64,000 nucleotides of DNA from an uncultured bacterium (GTDB lineage Bacteria; Chloroflexota; UBA5177; JANWHV01): NCBI GenBank assembly GCA_963729625.1, contig CAVSOU010000008.1, positions 64,001-128,000 of the forward strand, given 5' to 3'. A program made the position numbers and the translations under genes. How positions within the stretch are numbered: position 1 is the stretch's first letter; every line of letters starts with the position of its first letter. The notes under the pieces are model-generated. The model had not been told where the DNA came from, did not search any database, and saw only the letters and a program-made list of their open reading frames with translations. Positions 9,398 through 18,620 of the stretch are shown here, piece after piece.

Positions 9398-10115
9398 GTT
9401 GAACCTCCTTGCCCGGCCGACGCTGCGCGACGGCAATGGCGCGGTCCATGGCGGGAAGCGGCGCCTCCAGCACGCTGCCATGTCCTGTCGCCAACCGCTT
9501 TGGCTCGAGATTCCGGAGGGAGATGGCGCTGTCCAGAGAGGCAGGGCGAGACCAGGTCGCCATCGCAGGGAAGGGGAACAGCGGCTGCACGGTACCGGCG
9601 ACCGCGATGCCAGCGCGAGTCTGGTAGGCGTCGCCGGCGATCAGCGTTCCATCGCGCGTATCGAACAGGGCCATGTGCCCAGGCGTGTGGCCCGGGGCAG
9701 CCACCACGAGCAACGACCCGACGCGATCGCCGGGCCGCAGGAACCCGGTCGGGCGCGTGCTGCAGGTCTTCCAACTGCCGCGGAGCTTGGCCGGCGATTC
9801 GCCTGGCTCCATCCGCATATCTCCGGCAAGCATGCGTGCGTCGCGCTCGGAGATAAGCACTTCCGCGTCCGGCAACCCTTCGTGCAGAACGTCGAGAGAG
9901 CCGACGTGATCCATGTGCGCGTGCGTGAGCACGATGCGACTGATCTGCAGGCCTTGCGCGCGAGCGGCGGCGCGAATGGCAGGGGCACTGCCGGGCAGAG
10001 CGGCGTCGACGAGCGTAAGGCCGTCGTCTTCGCGCACCAGGTAGCAGTTCACCGGAAAGACGCGCGGCAGGCGCGTGAGCTGCGTGAGATACGTTCCATG
10101 AGTTGTGACGCGCAT
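9387..10115 (-). CDS. MBL-fold metallo-hydrolase
   Basis: THAHMDH, GHTPGH, AGD, TGHG motifs. Confidence 0.93.
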   Translation of the reverse strand: MRVTTHGTYLTQLTRLPRVFPVNCYLVREDDGLTLVDAALPGSAPAIRAAARAQGLQISRIVLTHAHMDHVGSLDVLHEGLPDAEVLISERDARMLAGDMRMEPGESPAKLRGSWKTCSTRPTGFLRPGDRVGSLLVVAAPGHTPGHMALFDTRDGTLIAGDAYQTRAGIAVAGTVQPLFPFPAMATWSRPASLDSAISLRNLEPKRLATGHGSVLEAPLPAMDRAIAVAQRRPGKEVQHGS

Positions 10116-10163
10116 TGCCTGTCCCCTTCACGTGCAGAACCGGGCAACCAACCCGGTCTATTG

Positions 10164-10203
10164 CTAACACTATTAGTATTTCAACTAATACCGTTAGTGT
10201 CAA
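10164..10203 (-). promoter_or_regulatory. Sigma70-type promoter with two CTAA-N5-TTAG operators (probable TetR sites)
   Basis: TTGACA (10203-10198)-N17-AATACT (10180-10175); CTAACACTATTAG 10164-10176 and CTAATACCGTTAG 10185-10197. Confidence 0.7.
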
Positions 10204-10388
10204 GAGTGTGCGGTGATCTGGGTGTGTCTGCATTCTGTGACCGGGCGCCGATCCGCGTGCCGCAGGCAAATCGTTCGTGGCGGCGTCCCGCCGCGACGAG
10301 GAGACCCCGGCCTTCAGTATGACGGATAGGCTTCTCGGCGTGACCGCCAGGGTTTCAACCGGGGTCACTCTATCCAGGTATGCCCCGG

Positions 10389-12521
10389 TCATGTCGCGGG
10401 ACGCACCGGAATGCGCAGGACCCACGCCTCGACCGCGCGAGAGTCGAAGGACGGCGTGAGGGTGGTACTGGTGGCTTCAGGGTAGTGGCTCAGCAGATCG
10501 CGCCAGAGGGTGCGGTGCTCCGGCAGAATTATCAGTGCCAGCTTCCGCTGGTTGTTATGCGTCGGCATAGGCCGGGCCAGGTCAAGGAGTGTGACATCTC
10601 CGCCGGCGTCATAGCGCAGCGTCGGATAGTCCAGCCCGGAGATACCGGCCACCAGCGCCGGATCCACAAGCACGGTGTAGCCCTGGCGCCGAAGCGTGGT
10701 CACCTGGCGGCCGGCGAGCACGCGTGCTCCGCCATTGGCCTCCCAGGCAGCCAGATTCGCCGCTTGTTGGTTAAAGTACCGGTCGACGTTCAGCCAGCCT
10801 GCCAGGGCCAGCACGGCACACAGCGCGGCCGCCGAGATAGCACGTGGACGGAGCACGCGGCGCCATCCCGGCACCTTGCCGCGCGCAGCCGTGGCAGCTT
10901 CTTGCGACATCCCAGCCTGCCAGAGCAGCAGGAGCGGAAGCGCGGCGATCAGGACGGTCGGGATCAGCGCGGCGAGCGAGCGCAGGCTCTGCGGCGCTTC
11001 GCCGTCAAGCGTCAGGATACCGCCGGAGAGTGCAGCGGCAAGCCAGAGCAGAAGCAACTGATAGACCCAGCGCGACGAGTACCGCACGGCCACGCCCACG
11101 CCCAGGACAAAACACGTGCCGGTGACCGGATCGAGCATAGGCGCGCCCGGCAGGTTCTGGCGCCCGTTCTGGTCGCCGGAGGCCGTGAACATGAGCAGGT
11201 GTCGCCCCGTGTTGCGCAGCAGCGCAGGGATGAAGTGCGCCCAGTCGGCATACTCGTGGCTGAGCGCCACGCTGCTCATGCGGGCGGAATAGAATGCCGG
11301 ATCGAGGTGCGCGGCAACCAACAGCGGCAGCGCCGCCAGCACGAAGCCGGCAGGCAGAAGCGCGGCCGCCGGCCAGGCTGCCCGGCGATAGGTTCGGTCG
11401 CTGTAGAGCCTGAAGGCGGCAAAGACGATGGCCGCGGCAATGGTTGCGACCGATCCTACATACGTCATCATCGCCAGCCCGAGAAAGATTCCGCTCAGCA
11501 GGAACCAGCTAGCGGCCGGAGAGACGAGGGCCGAGCAGAGCGCCCACGCGCCGAGGCCGAGGAGCGCCGGGGCGGCGATGTTCGACATGCCCAGGCGAGA
11601 GATGGTAATCGACCAGGCAGATACGGCCAGCAGCACGGCGGCGATCAATCCATAGGCGTATTCCGCGTATGCCTTCCCAACGGCGAACGCGGCCGCCACG
11701 CCCAGGACGCCGAAGAGTGCCGAGACCAGGCGGAGCGAAACGATGCCCGTGCCCAGGAAATGCACGACAGCGGCCTGCGTGTACGCATAGAGGCTTGGCG
11801 TGTGTCCGTAGTTGCCGGGAGCATAGGGCTGAAACGGCAAATGCGACAGCGCCTGGGCATTGGCGAGGCTGTCGACCTCATCGATCCAGACGCCGAATGG
11901 GAGTATGTCGAGACGCCAAAGGCGCAGCACAAGGGCCGCCACAAGCGTCGCCGCCAGCAGGGAAATCGGCATGGCCCGGCGCCAAGGCTCGGCCGCAATC
12001 CGATCGCTCGTCTGCGCGCCAGGCACCGGAAGGCCCAGCAGGCGATCCGCGCGCCAGGCCATGATGAGCGAGGCGAGCAGTGCGGCAATCCACAGCGCCG
12101 CGGCAAACGACGATCCGGCATCGGGAAAGAGATGCGCGGCCGTGAAGGGCTCGGCGTTCCATATCAGCGCGGCCGGCAGTCCAAGTCCCAGCATCGGCAG
12201 CAACGGGACAAGTGCCCGCGACGTGCGCGGCGCAGGCCGCGCGGCCCGCGCTTCCGGGATCCGGCGGGAGGCTCTACCGCACTCCGGCTCGGTGCCCGGC
12301 AGAGGATCGGGAAGCACGAGAGCGGCAAGGACTATGGCCAGAAGCGTGGCAGCGATCACCCAGGCCGGCACATGGTCGCGTGGTGACTGATGCTGGCAGG
12401 CAATCGCAAGCGCAAGGGCGGTCAGGCCCGCGGTGACCTTGGGGCCCCGGCCGTTCAGCCTACGAGGCCGGTGAGCACTCACATATAGGTGAGGCCAGGC
12501 AGCGGGACCACGGCGGTTCAA
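10389..12521 (-). CDS. Glycosyltransferase family 39 (ArnT/PMT-like) membrane protein; start uncertain
   Basis: ALVLRLWRL...WIDEV, LRLVSALFG, WSITISR; many TM helices. Confidence 0.8.
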   Translation of the reverse strand: MNRRGPAAWPHLYVSAHRPRRLNGRGPKVTAGLTALALAIACQHQSPRDHVPAWVIAATLLAIVLAALVLPDPLPGTEPECGRASRRIPEARAARPAPRTSRALVPLLPMLGLGLPAALIWNAEPFTAAHLFPDAGSSFAAALWIAALLASLIMAWRADRLLGLPVPGAQTSDRIAAEPWRRAMPISLLAATLVAALVLRLWRLDILPFGVWIDEVDSLANAQALSHLPFQPYAPGNYGHTPSLYAYTQAAVVHFLGTGIVSLRLVSALFGVLGVAAAFAVGKAYAEYAYGLIAAVLLAVSAWSITISRLGMSNIAAPALLGLGAWALCSALVSPAASWFLLSGIFLGLAMMTYVGSVATIAAAIVFAAFRLYSDRTYRRAAWPAAALLPAGFVLAALPLLVAAHLDPAFYSARMSSVALSHEYADWAHFIPALLRNTGRHLLMFTASGDQNGRQNLPGAPMLDPVTGTCFVLGVGVAVRYSSRWVYQLLLLWLAAALSGGILTLDGEAPQSLRSLAALIPTVLIAALPLLLLWQAGMSQEAATAARGKVPGWRRVLRPRAISAAALCAVLALAGWLNVDRYFNQQAANLAAWEANGGARVLAGRQVTTLRRQGYTVLVDPALVAGISGLDYPTLRYDAGGDVTLLDLARPMPTHNNQRKLALIILPEHRTLWRDLLSHYPEATSTTLTPSFDSRAVEAWVLRIPVRPAT

Positions 12522-12911
12522 CGCAAGGCCAGACCTGACCCTAAACGGTCATGGCAGGACTCCGCCTTAAAGGGCCAAGCGGCTACGGCCATTACTTTTG
12601 CACGATGAGGCCCAGCTCCGGCCCAGGATGCCCACTGCAGCCGGTAGCCCACACCGTGACCCCTTACTGTACGGTGTGTGGTGTGCGGTCCGAGTCGCTT
12701 GAGCGCCCGTTCCTGACCATTCATGGTCCGTGTCCCTTCTATGAGGTTTCAGCCTCAGGTCGACTCAGGCTTGAGCACAGTCCTCCGGGGTTCGGCGTTT
12801 CTGCTCCAAAGTCCAGGCCGGAACTGAGAGTTCGTGGCAGTGCGAATGGTACTGGATGGCGGTGAGGCACTACCATGGTGAGCGAATGATTATTGTGGTT
12901 AGGAGAGGTTC

Positions 12912-14090
12912 ATGCAGTCGTCTCAAACAGCACTTCTGCCCGTTGCCGAGCAAGTCGTGCTCGACCGGCGCTATCTCCACGCGCACCCTGAGCTTGGCTT
13001 TGAGGAAGCCGAGACCGCCAGGTTCGTGGCTGAGCGGTTGCGCGCGCTTGGGCTGGAGGTGCAGACCGGCGTGGCGCGCACGGGCGTGGTCGGGCTTATC
13101 CGGGGCGGGAAGCCCGGCAGGACGGTGCTGCTCCGAGCGGACATGGATGCGCTGCCCATTCAGGAAGAGAACGAGGTCCCGTACCGATCGCAGAACCCGG
13201 GCGTGATGCACGCCTGCGGCCACGACTGCCACACCGCCATACTGCTCAACGCGGCCCGCATTCTCGTGCAGCATCGCGGCCGGCTTTCCGGTACGGTCAA
13301 GCTCGTCTTTCAGCCGTGCGAGGAGCAAGCTCCGGGTGGTGCCGTCGCCATGATCGGCGAGGGAGTGCTGGAAGACCCCAAGGTCGACGCCGCCTTCGCT
13401 CTCCATGTATCGCAGGACGGCCCCGCGGGATCGGTTTCGACGCGCACCGGACCAGTTATGGCGGCCGCCGACACGTTTACGATCAAACTTACCGGCATTG
13501 GCGGGCACGGCGCTTATCCGCACCAGTGCGTCGATTCCGTGGTCGCCGCCGCCCAGATCACGCTCGCGCTGCAGACGATCGTGTCGCGTGAGATCGATCC
13601 CATGCACAGCGCGGTCATCACGGTAGGAGCGATCCATGCCGGCGATGCCTCCAACATCATTCCCCAGAATTGCACGATGACGGGGACCGTGCGCTCATTC
13701 GACAACAATGTCCGGCTCCATCTGGCCAAGCGCATTGAGTCGGTGGCAACCGGCCTGGCGCACGCGTTGCGCGTGGAGTGTGCCTGCCACTATACGTTCG
13801 GCAATCCGGCAGTGGTCAACGACGCTGCGATGACCGATCTCGTCTTTGAAGTGGCGCGCAAGGTGGTGGCCGCGGATAAGGTGTTGATCGAGGAGCCGAG
13901 CATGGGAGCGGAAGACTTCTCGTCGTTCTTGGAGAGAGTGCCGGGCAACTACTTCTTCGTGGGCACGCGCAACCCCGAGAAGAATCTGACCTACAGCCAT
14001 CACCACCCCAGGTTCGACGTGGACGAGTCGGCCCTGCCAACGGCAGTCGACCTGATGGTCGCTGTGGCCGAACGCTATCTGCACGGCTGA
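12912..14090 (+). CDS. M20D family amidohydrolase (HipO/YxeP-like)
   Basis: HPELGFEE, LRADMDALP, MHACGHD, FQPCEE, GAEDF, HHP. Confidence 0.93.
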   Translation: MQSSQTALLPVAEQVVLDRRYLHAHPELGFEEAETARFVAERLRALGLEVQTGVARTGVVGLIRGGKPGRTVLLRADMDALPIQEENEVPYRSQNPGVMHACGHDCHTAILLNAARILVQHRGRLSGTVKLVFQPCEEQAPGGAVAMIGEGVLEDPKVDAAFALHVSQDGPAGSVSTRTGPVMAAADTFTIKLTGIGGHGAYPHQCVDSVVAAAQITLALQTIVSREIDPMHSAVITVGAIHAGDASNIIPQNCTMTGTVRSFDNNVRLHLAKRIESVATGLAHALRVECACHYTFGNPAVVNDAAMTDLVFEVARKVVAADKVLIEEPSMGAEDFSSFLERVPGNYFFVGTRNPEKNLTYSHHHPRFDVDESALPTAVDLMVAVAERYLHG

Positions 14091-14166
14091 CCGGGGGGCC
14101 GGCCTATGCGCCGTCTTGCCCGCGCATCACCGAGATACGCGGCTCGGGCAGCCGGCCGGCGGGCCG

Positions 14167-15126
14167 CTACGCTTCCAGCCCCAGCCCTTCGTCCCGGCCC
14201 AGCAGGATGTTCATGCACTGAACGGCGGCTCCCGAGGCGCCCTTGCCGAGGTTATCGAGGCGAGCGCTCAGGAGGATGTGATCCTCGCCGCCGAAGGCGA
14301 ACAGGTCGACGCGGTTGGTTCCGTTGCAGGCCTGAGCATCCAGGAATCCGCCGTCGAGCACCGGCTCCGCTTCGTAGGGCATGACCGCCACGAACCGCTC
14401 ACCGGCGTAGTACGCGCCAAGAATGTCGCGCACATCCGCGGCAGTGACCTTCTTGCGCAGCAGGCTGGGGAAGATCGGCACGGAGACGACCATGCCCTGG
14501 TAGAAGTCCCCTACGATGGGCGAGAAAAGGGGGGCGTGCTCCAGGCCACTGCGGACCCGCATCTCCGGCAGATGCTTGTGTCTCAGGCCGAGCGCATACA
14601 TGCGCGGGCTGCGCAGCTTCCGGCGATCCGCATCCGGCCCTTCGTGCTGGGCAATCAGCTTCTTGCCCCCACCGCTGTACCCGCTGATCGAGTGGCAGGT
14701 AAGAAGACTGTCCGCCGGGATAATGCCGGCTTTCACCAGGGGATACACGTTCATCACGAAGCCGGTCGCATGGCAGCCGGGAATAGAGACGCGGGTTGCC
14801 GTTCGGATCGTGCCGCGGGCGCCGGCGTCAAGCTCGGGAATACCATAGGCCCAGTCCGCTGCGGTACGGTGCGCGGTGCTGGTGTCGACCACTCTGGTCC
14901 TCGGGCTGGTGACAAGCGAAACGGACTCCCGTGCCGCGGCATCGGGCAGGCACAGGAATGCGACGTCGGCCTCATTCAGCAGGGCACGACGCGCGGCTGG
15001 GTCTTTGCGCCGCTCGGAATCGATCCGCAGGACCTCGACATCGGGCCGGCTGGCCAAACGATCGAAGATCTGCAGGCCGGTCGTTCCTTCCTCGCCATCC
15101 ACAAATACCAGAGGCTTCGTACTCAC
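14167..15126 (-). CDS. argC: N-acetyl-gamma-glutamyl-phosphate reductase (type 2)
   Basis: DGEEGTTGLQI, STAHR, PGCHATG, SGYSGGGK, LDNLGKGASG; GTG start with AGGAG RBS. Confidence 0.95.
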   Translation of the reverse strand: MSTKPLVFVDGEEGTTGLQIFDRLASRPDVEVLRIDSERRKDPAARRALLNEADVAFLCLPDAAARESVSLVTSPRTRVVDTSTAHRTAADWAYGIPELDAGARGTIRTATRVSIPGCHATGFVMNVYPLVKAGIIPADSLLTCHSISGYSGGGKKLIAQHEGPDADRRKLRSPRMYALGLRHKHLPEMRVRSGLEHAPLFSPIVGDFYQGMVVSVPIFPSLLRKKVTAADVRDILGAYYAGERFVAVMPYEAEPVLDGGFLDAQACNGTNRVDLFAFGGEDHILLSARLDNLGKGASGAAVQCMNILLGRDEGLGLEA

Positions 15127-15447
15127 CGGCAGTCTCCTGAGTCGGTATGCCCAATGTACGTGCCCGCCAGCCGGTCGGCTGCCGCCCTGACCGTGAATCC
15201 CGATAATTCCCCTCTGCCCCGAGAGTGCAGTATACCGCAAGCAGGCTGCCATTCCGTTTCAGCGCCCGTTCGCCGCTGCAATCCTCGGGCAGCCGGGACC
15301 GAAGCGGGACCTGCATGAAAGTGTCTCGTGCATGTTCAGGCGGCACGGACGTCCTCGTCCGCCGTGGACGCGCTGGCTATCCACTCCATCGCCAAGACGT
15401 GACCACCCTGCCGGTTCCGGCGTGGCACGATTCTAGTGGTTAGTTGG

Positions 15448-16221
15448 TCAGCCACCTTCGAGGAAGTTGAACTTGGACGTACCCCAGACGCGCACGATAC
15501 CGAGATCTGCGGCACTGACACCGGCGTCGACACGATCGGTGCCCTGCTTATTGGTGAGCGCAAAATAGCCGCCGCGTGCATTCGTCGACAACACGGCCAA
15601 CGGGCTGCCATTCTGCTGTTGCAGTTGCAGGAATCCGCCTTCGGGTCCCGCTGCCAGATAGGTGGAGGGACTGGCGGCGCCGACCATATAGAGCGCGGTC
15701 GCGCCTCCCGTGGCGGTCGAGCCAACGAAGGCCGCCTCCTTCTTATCTTTGTACGCACGAAGTCCTACGTCGCCGTCCCCTGCGCCGCCAACGGTCACAT
15801 AGTCGCCGCTTCCCGCCTGTGCAACCTTCAGCTGGCTGCCGCCGTCCTCCATGCCGCAGATGCACCCATTCGCTTTTCCAGTGGGATCGAACGTCCATAA
15901 CGACCCGCCGTAATTGTTTGTGGTAATCTGTGCCGCGGGCTGTCCGCCGCGCTCAATGAGGATGCCATTACTGGCGACCAGCAGTACGACCTCCCCCTTG
16001 GCGTTCACCACCTTGAAGGGCGCTTTCACGGTGGTGGGTTGCGGTATGACGGTCGCGGACGCATTGCCCAGGCTCAGTGCGCCGGTCAGCAGGGCCAGCG
16101 TGGCGCAGCCGACCAGCCAGCCATGCCACCCGGTTCGTCGTGTCCGTCGTTCGGCTGTAGCAAGTGCGTGCTCTAGCCGAGAGATGCGCTCTTCCAGGCC
16201 GGTAATGAGGTCGTTATCCAT
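15448..16221 (-). CDS. Hypothetical membrane-anchored/secreted beta-rich protein
   Basis: GAGGAG RBS before ATG 16221; coiled-coil N-terminus, one TM segment, Gly-rich beta-strand repeats. Confidence 0.75.
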   Translation of the reverse strand: MDNDLITGLEERISRLEHALATAERRTRRTGWHGWLVGCATLALLTGALSLGNASATVIPQPTTVKAPFKVVNAKGEVVLLVASNGILIERGGQPAAQITTNNYGGSLWTFDPTGKANGCICGMEDGGSQLKVAQAGSGDYVTVGGAGDGDVGLRAYKDKKEAAFVGSTATGGATALYMVGAASPSTYLAAGPEGGFLQLQQQNGSPLAVLSTNARGGYFALTNKQGTDRVDAGVSAADLGIVRVWGTSKFNFLEGG

Positions 16222-16412
16222 CTGTTTGCTCCTCTTTCGCTGATCGGGGGCGCCTTGTCGCGCCGTCACTTGACCAACCTCGCTGCATCGCACGAGGAGA
16301 GTCCACGCCGGTTCTACCGCCATGTACTCTTGTGAATACTGGTGCTCTACTCTCGAGCGCGGCCTTCGGCCAAGCTCGTATGGTGCTGCTAGGGACGGAT
16401 TTACGATCCGAA

Positions 16413-18347
16413 CTAGTAGTTCGTGAGGGCATAGATGACAAGCGGCTTGTTGTCCGACTCGGTCATAACCAGGCGTGAGCCCCCAGCCAGGCTGATAGCT
16501 GCTCGGCGTGGACCGTAGCCGGCGCGCGCCACGAACATCGCTTGGCGAACGGTCTTGCCCTGCGCGCCGAGCACGACGAGCTGCAGGTGCGCAATCAACA
16601 CCGTCTGGTCCTGCAAGGCAATGCCATAGAGCGCGCTGAACGTCTGATGCGGGCCTCTGAGCGCGACGATGTTCAGAGTCGCGGAGCCACAGCCATTGGC
16701 ATAGAGCGACCACTGTTCCAGCGCCACTTGGTGAATCATGGACATGTCCAGGGTGGTGGGGTGCACATTGCAGGACACCGTCAGCGCGCGCAGGTCAACG
16801 GCCGTGCCACCGACGGTACTGACCGGAGGCTCGCTGGGAGCGAACACGCGATCGTAAAGCGTGGCGTGTCCGGACAGCTGCATGTCGTAGAGGACGCCAT
16901 TGGCGTTTCCGGTGAAGCTGATTTGCACGATGCTGGCGCCGCTGATGCTGGCGCTGATCGGCACGCCGGGCTGACCCTGATTGGCCGTCACGCTCACGGT
17001 CGAGAACGGCTTGCTGTTCTGATCCAGGACGACGAGGTGCGCGGTGATCGTCTTGTTGTCGGAGTCGTCGGATACGCCGATCCTTGCGCTGAAAGTCCCG
17101 GTTGCGTCGGTCATGATCAGCTCCGCGATGCCGCACGTATCGACGGCCAGGTAGGTGTCGCGCGACACGAGCTTGTGGGCGACAGTCAGATCCGCCGTGC
17201 CGAGATTGGCATTGCACAGGCCGACGACCGCGTCGGGAGAAACGGGGACGGGCGCGCCATTGGGGCTGCCGAAGTCCTGACGATCCGGATTGTGATGCGG
17301 CGCCACAGCAGTGGGAAGGAAGCTGAGGCCGGCCACCAGCAGGTTGACGTTGGTATTCCCGGCATCCATGGTGAACGTCACGGTACGCCCGCCCGCCAGG
17401 TTGACCCAGAGTGGCTGAAGCCCACTGCCGAGGTAGGTCAGACCAATCGCCTTGCGCAGCAAGTGGCCGTCAGCATCGAGCACGCGCAGGCCCACCTGTG
17501 TAGGCAGGCTGCTGTAGTCGGAGGAATCGATCTGTCCGTAGCGGAGGGCCAGCGCGCCCGTTGCGCCAGGTGGGATCTGCACCGTGACTTTACTGCAACC
17601 GCCCAGCAGTTGCAGTGCCATAGTCGGGGAGATCACGATCGAGCTGACCGTGCTCGCCTGTGCGAGTGCGGCAGCGTTGCAGTCGAAATGCAGGGCGCTC
17701 GCCGGCACCGGTGTACCACCCAGCGGCACTCCGTTGCCGGTTAACGGCGTGGCTGCGAGCGCCCGCGCCGTGCCGGTCAGCCTAAAGTCGTACAGGTAGC
17801 TGTCGGCCGGCGTTGGAAACGTCAGCGCAAGGCTCACCCCGCCGGCCACGTCGATGTCCACGGCCTGGGCGACGCCCTTTGCAGCCTTCACGTCCATGGT
17901 GCGTAGCAGCGCACCGCCGGGAGCGAGCAGGAAGAGACGCACCACGGTCGACGCGCTCGTGTCAGCATCAGACACTGCAAGCGAGGCCTGAAAGTGACCA
18001 CTTGCCGCATCATTCAGATAGAGCACCGCCTGACCGCAGCCGCCGTCGTCATGAATTGCCGTGCCCGGTGCCAGAGTCGTTCCCGCGGCCTTGGCGGGGT
18101 CGCTGTTCAGGTGCACGTTGCAGCTGACGGCGAAATCTGCCGGTGTCGGTGTCGTGATGGCCGCGTTGCCGAGTAACGGACCACGAAACACCGGCGGCGC
18201 AGGAGCAGCCAGACTAGATGCATGGACGATGGATAGCGCTGTCAGCGCGTTGCTCGCAAGGGGAGCCATCGCGATCAATGCCGCCAGGGCCGCCATATAC
18301 CTCAAAGTTCGCGATATAGCACGGGGTTCGATAGTCATACTCTTCAT
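16413..18347 (-). CDS. Secreted protein with four tandem NPCBM/NEW2-like domains
   Basis: Signal peptide; four ~140-aa repeats each with xCN...C(G/S) and F-x-A-x-x-G/A-x-x-D type strands. Confidence 0.75.
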   Translation of the reverse strand: MKSMTIEPRAISRTLRYMAALAALIAMAPLASNALTALSIVHASSLAAPAPPVFRGPLLGNAAITTPTPADFAVSCNVHLNSDPAKAAGTTLAPGTAIHDDGGCGQAVLYLNDAASGHFQASLAVSDADTSASTVVRLFLLAPGGALLRTMDVKAAKGVAQAVDIDVAGGVSLALTFPTPADSYLYDFRLTGTARALAATPLTGNGVPLGGTPVPASALHFDCNAAALAQASTVSSIVISPTMALQLLGGCSKVTVQIPPGATGALALRYGQIDSSDYSSLPTQVGLRVLDADGHLLRKAIGLTYLGSGLQPLWVNLAGGRTVTFTMDAGNTNVNLLVAGLSFLPTAVAPHHNPDRQDFGSPNGAPVPVSPDAVVGLCNANLGTADLTVAHKLVSRDTYLAVDTCGIAELIMTDATGTFSARIGVSDDSDNKTITAHLVVLDQNSKPFSTVSVTANQGQPGVPISASISGASIVQISFTGNANGVLYDMQLSGHATLYDRVFAPSEPPVSTVGGTAVDLRALTVSCNVHPTTLDMSMIHQVALEQWSLYANGCGSATLNIVALRGPHQTFSALYGIALQDQTVLIAHLQLVVLGAQGKTVRQAMFVARAGYGPRRAAISLAGGSRLVMTESDNKPLVIYALTNY

Positions 18348-18620
18348 CTCCTTGAATACCTGCTCAGACCCAGGCGGTGTTGCGCCCGACTCTCGGACAG
18401 CACGCGACCACGTCTCTGGGTTCTACCAATTGGCTTCAAACAGTGGGCTCCGAGGATGGCTGTCTCCAGCAGAATCCTCGGGGTTCCGCATACGGCGCCC
18501 TGCCGGCAGGCACCCGCCCGCTGACTTCGGGGAGGCACTCCCTGTGACCTGGCAGTACGTTGCCTGAACATCTCAGCGTGCCGGACAGCATCCCAGCATG
18601 CTTAGGTAGCGGTGAAGACG

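Noticed and set aside
10380-12386. 668-aa plus-strand ORF
   Set aside because: Antisense shadow of the GT39 gene; Arg-rich with no motifs, typical of high-GC DNA
12912-15126. M20 hydrolase as an arginine-pathway deacetylase linked to argC
   Set aside because: Genes are convergent and the motifs are generic M20D; no support beyond adjacency
14116-15318. 400-aa plus-strand ORF
   Set aside because: Antisense to argC
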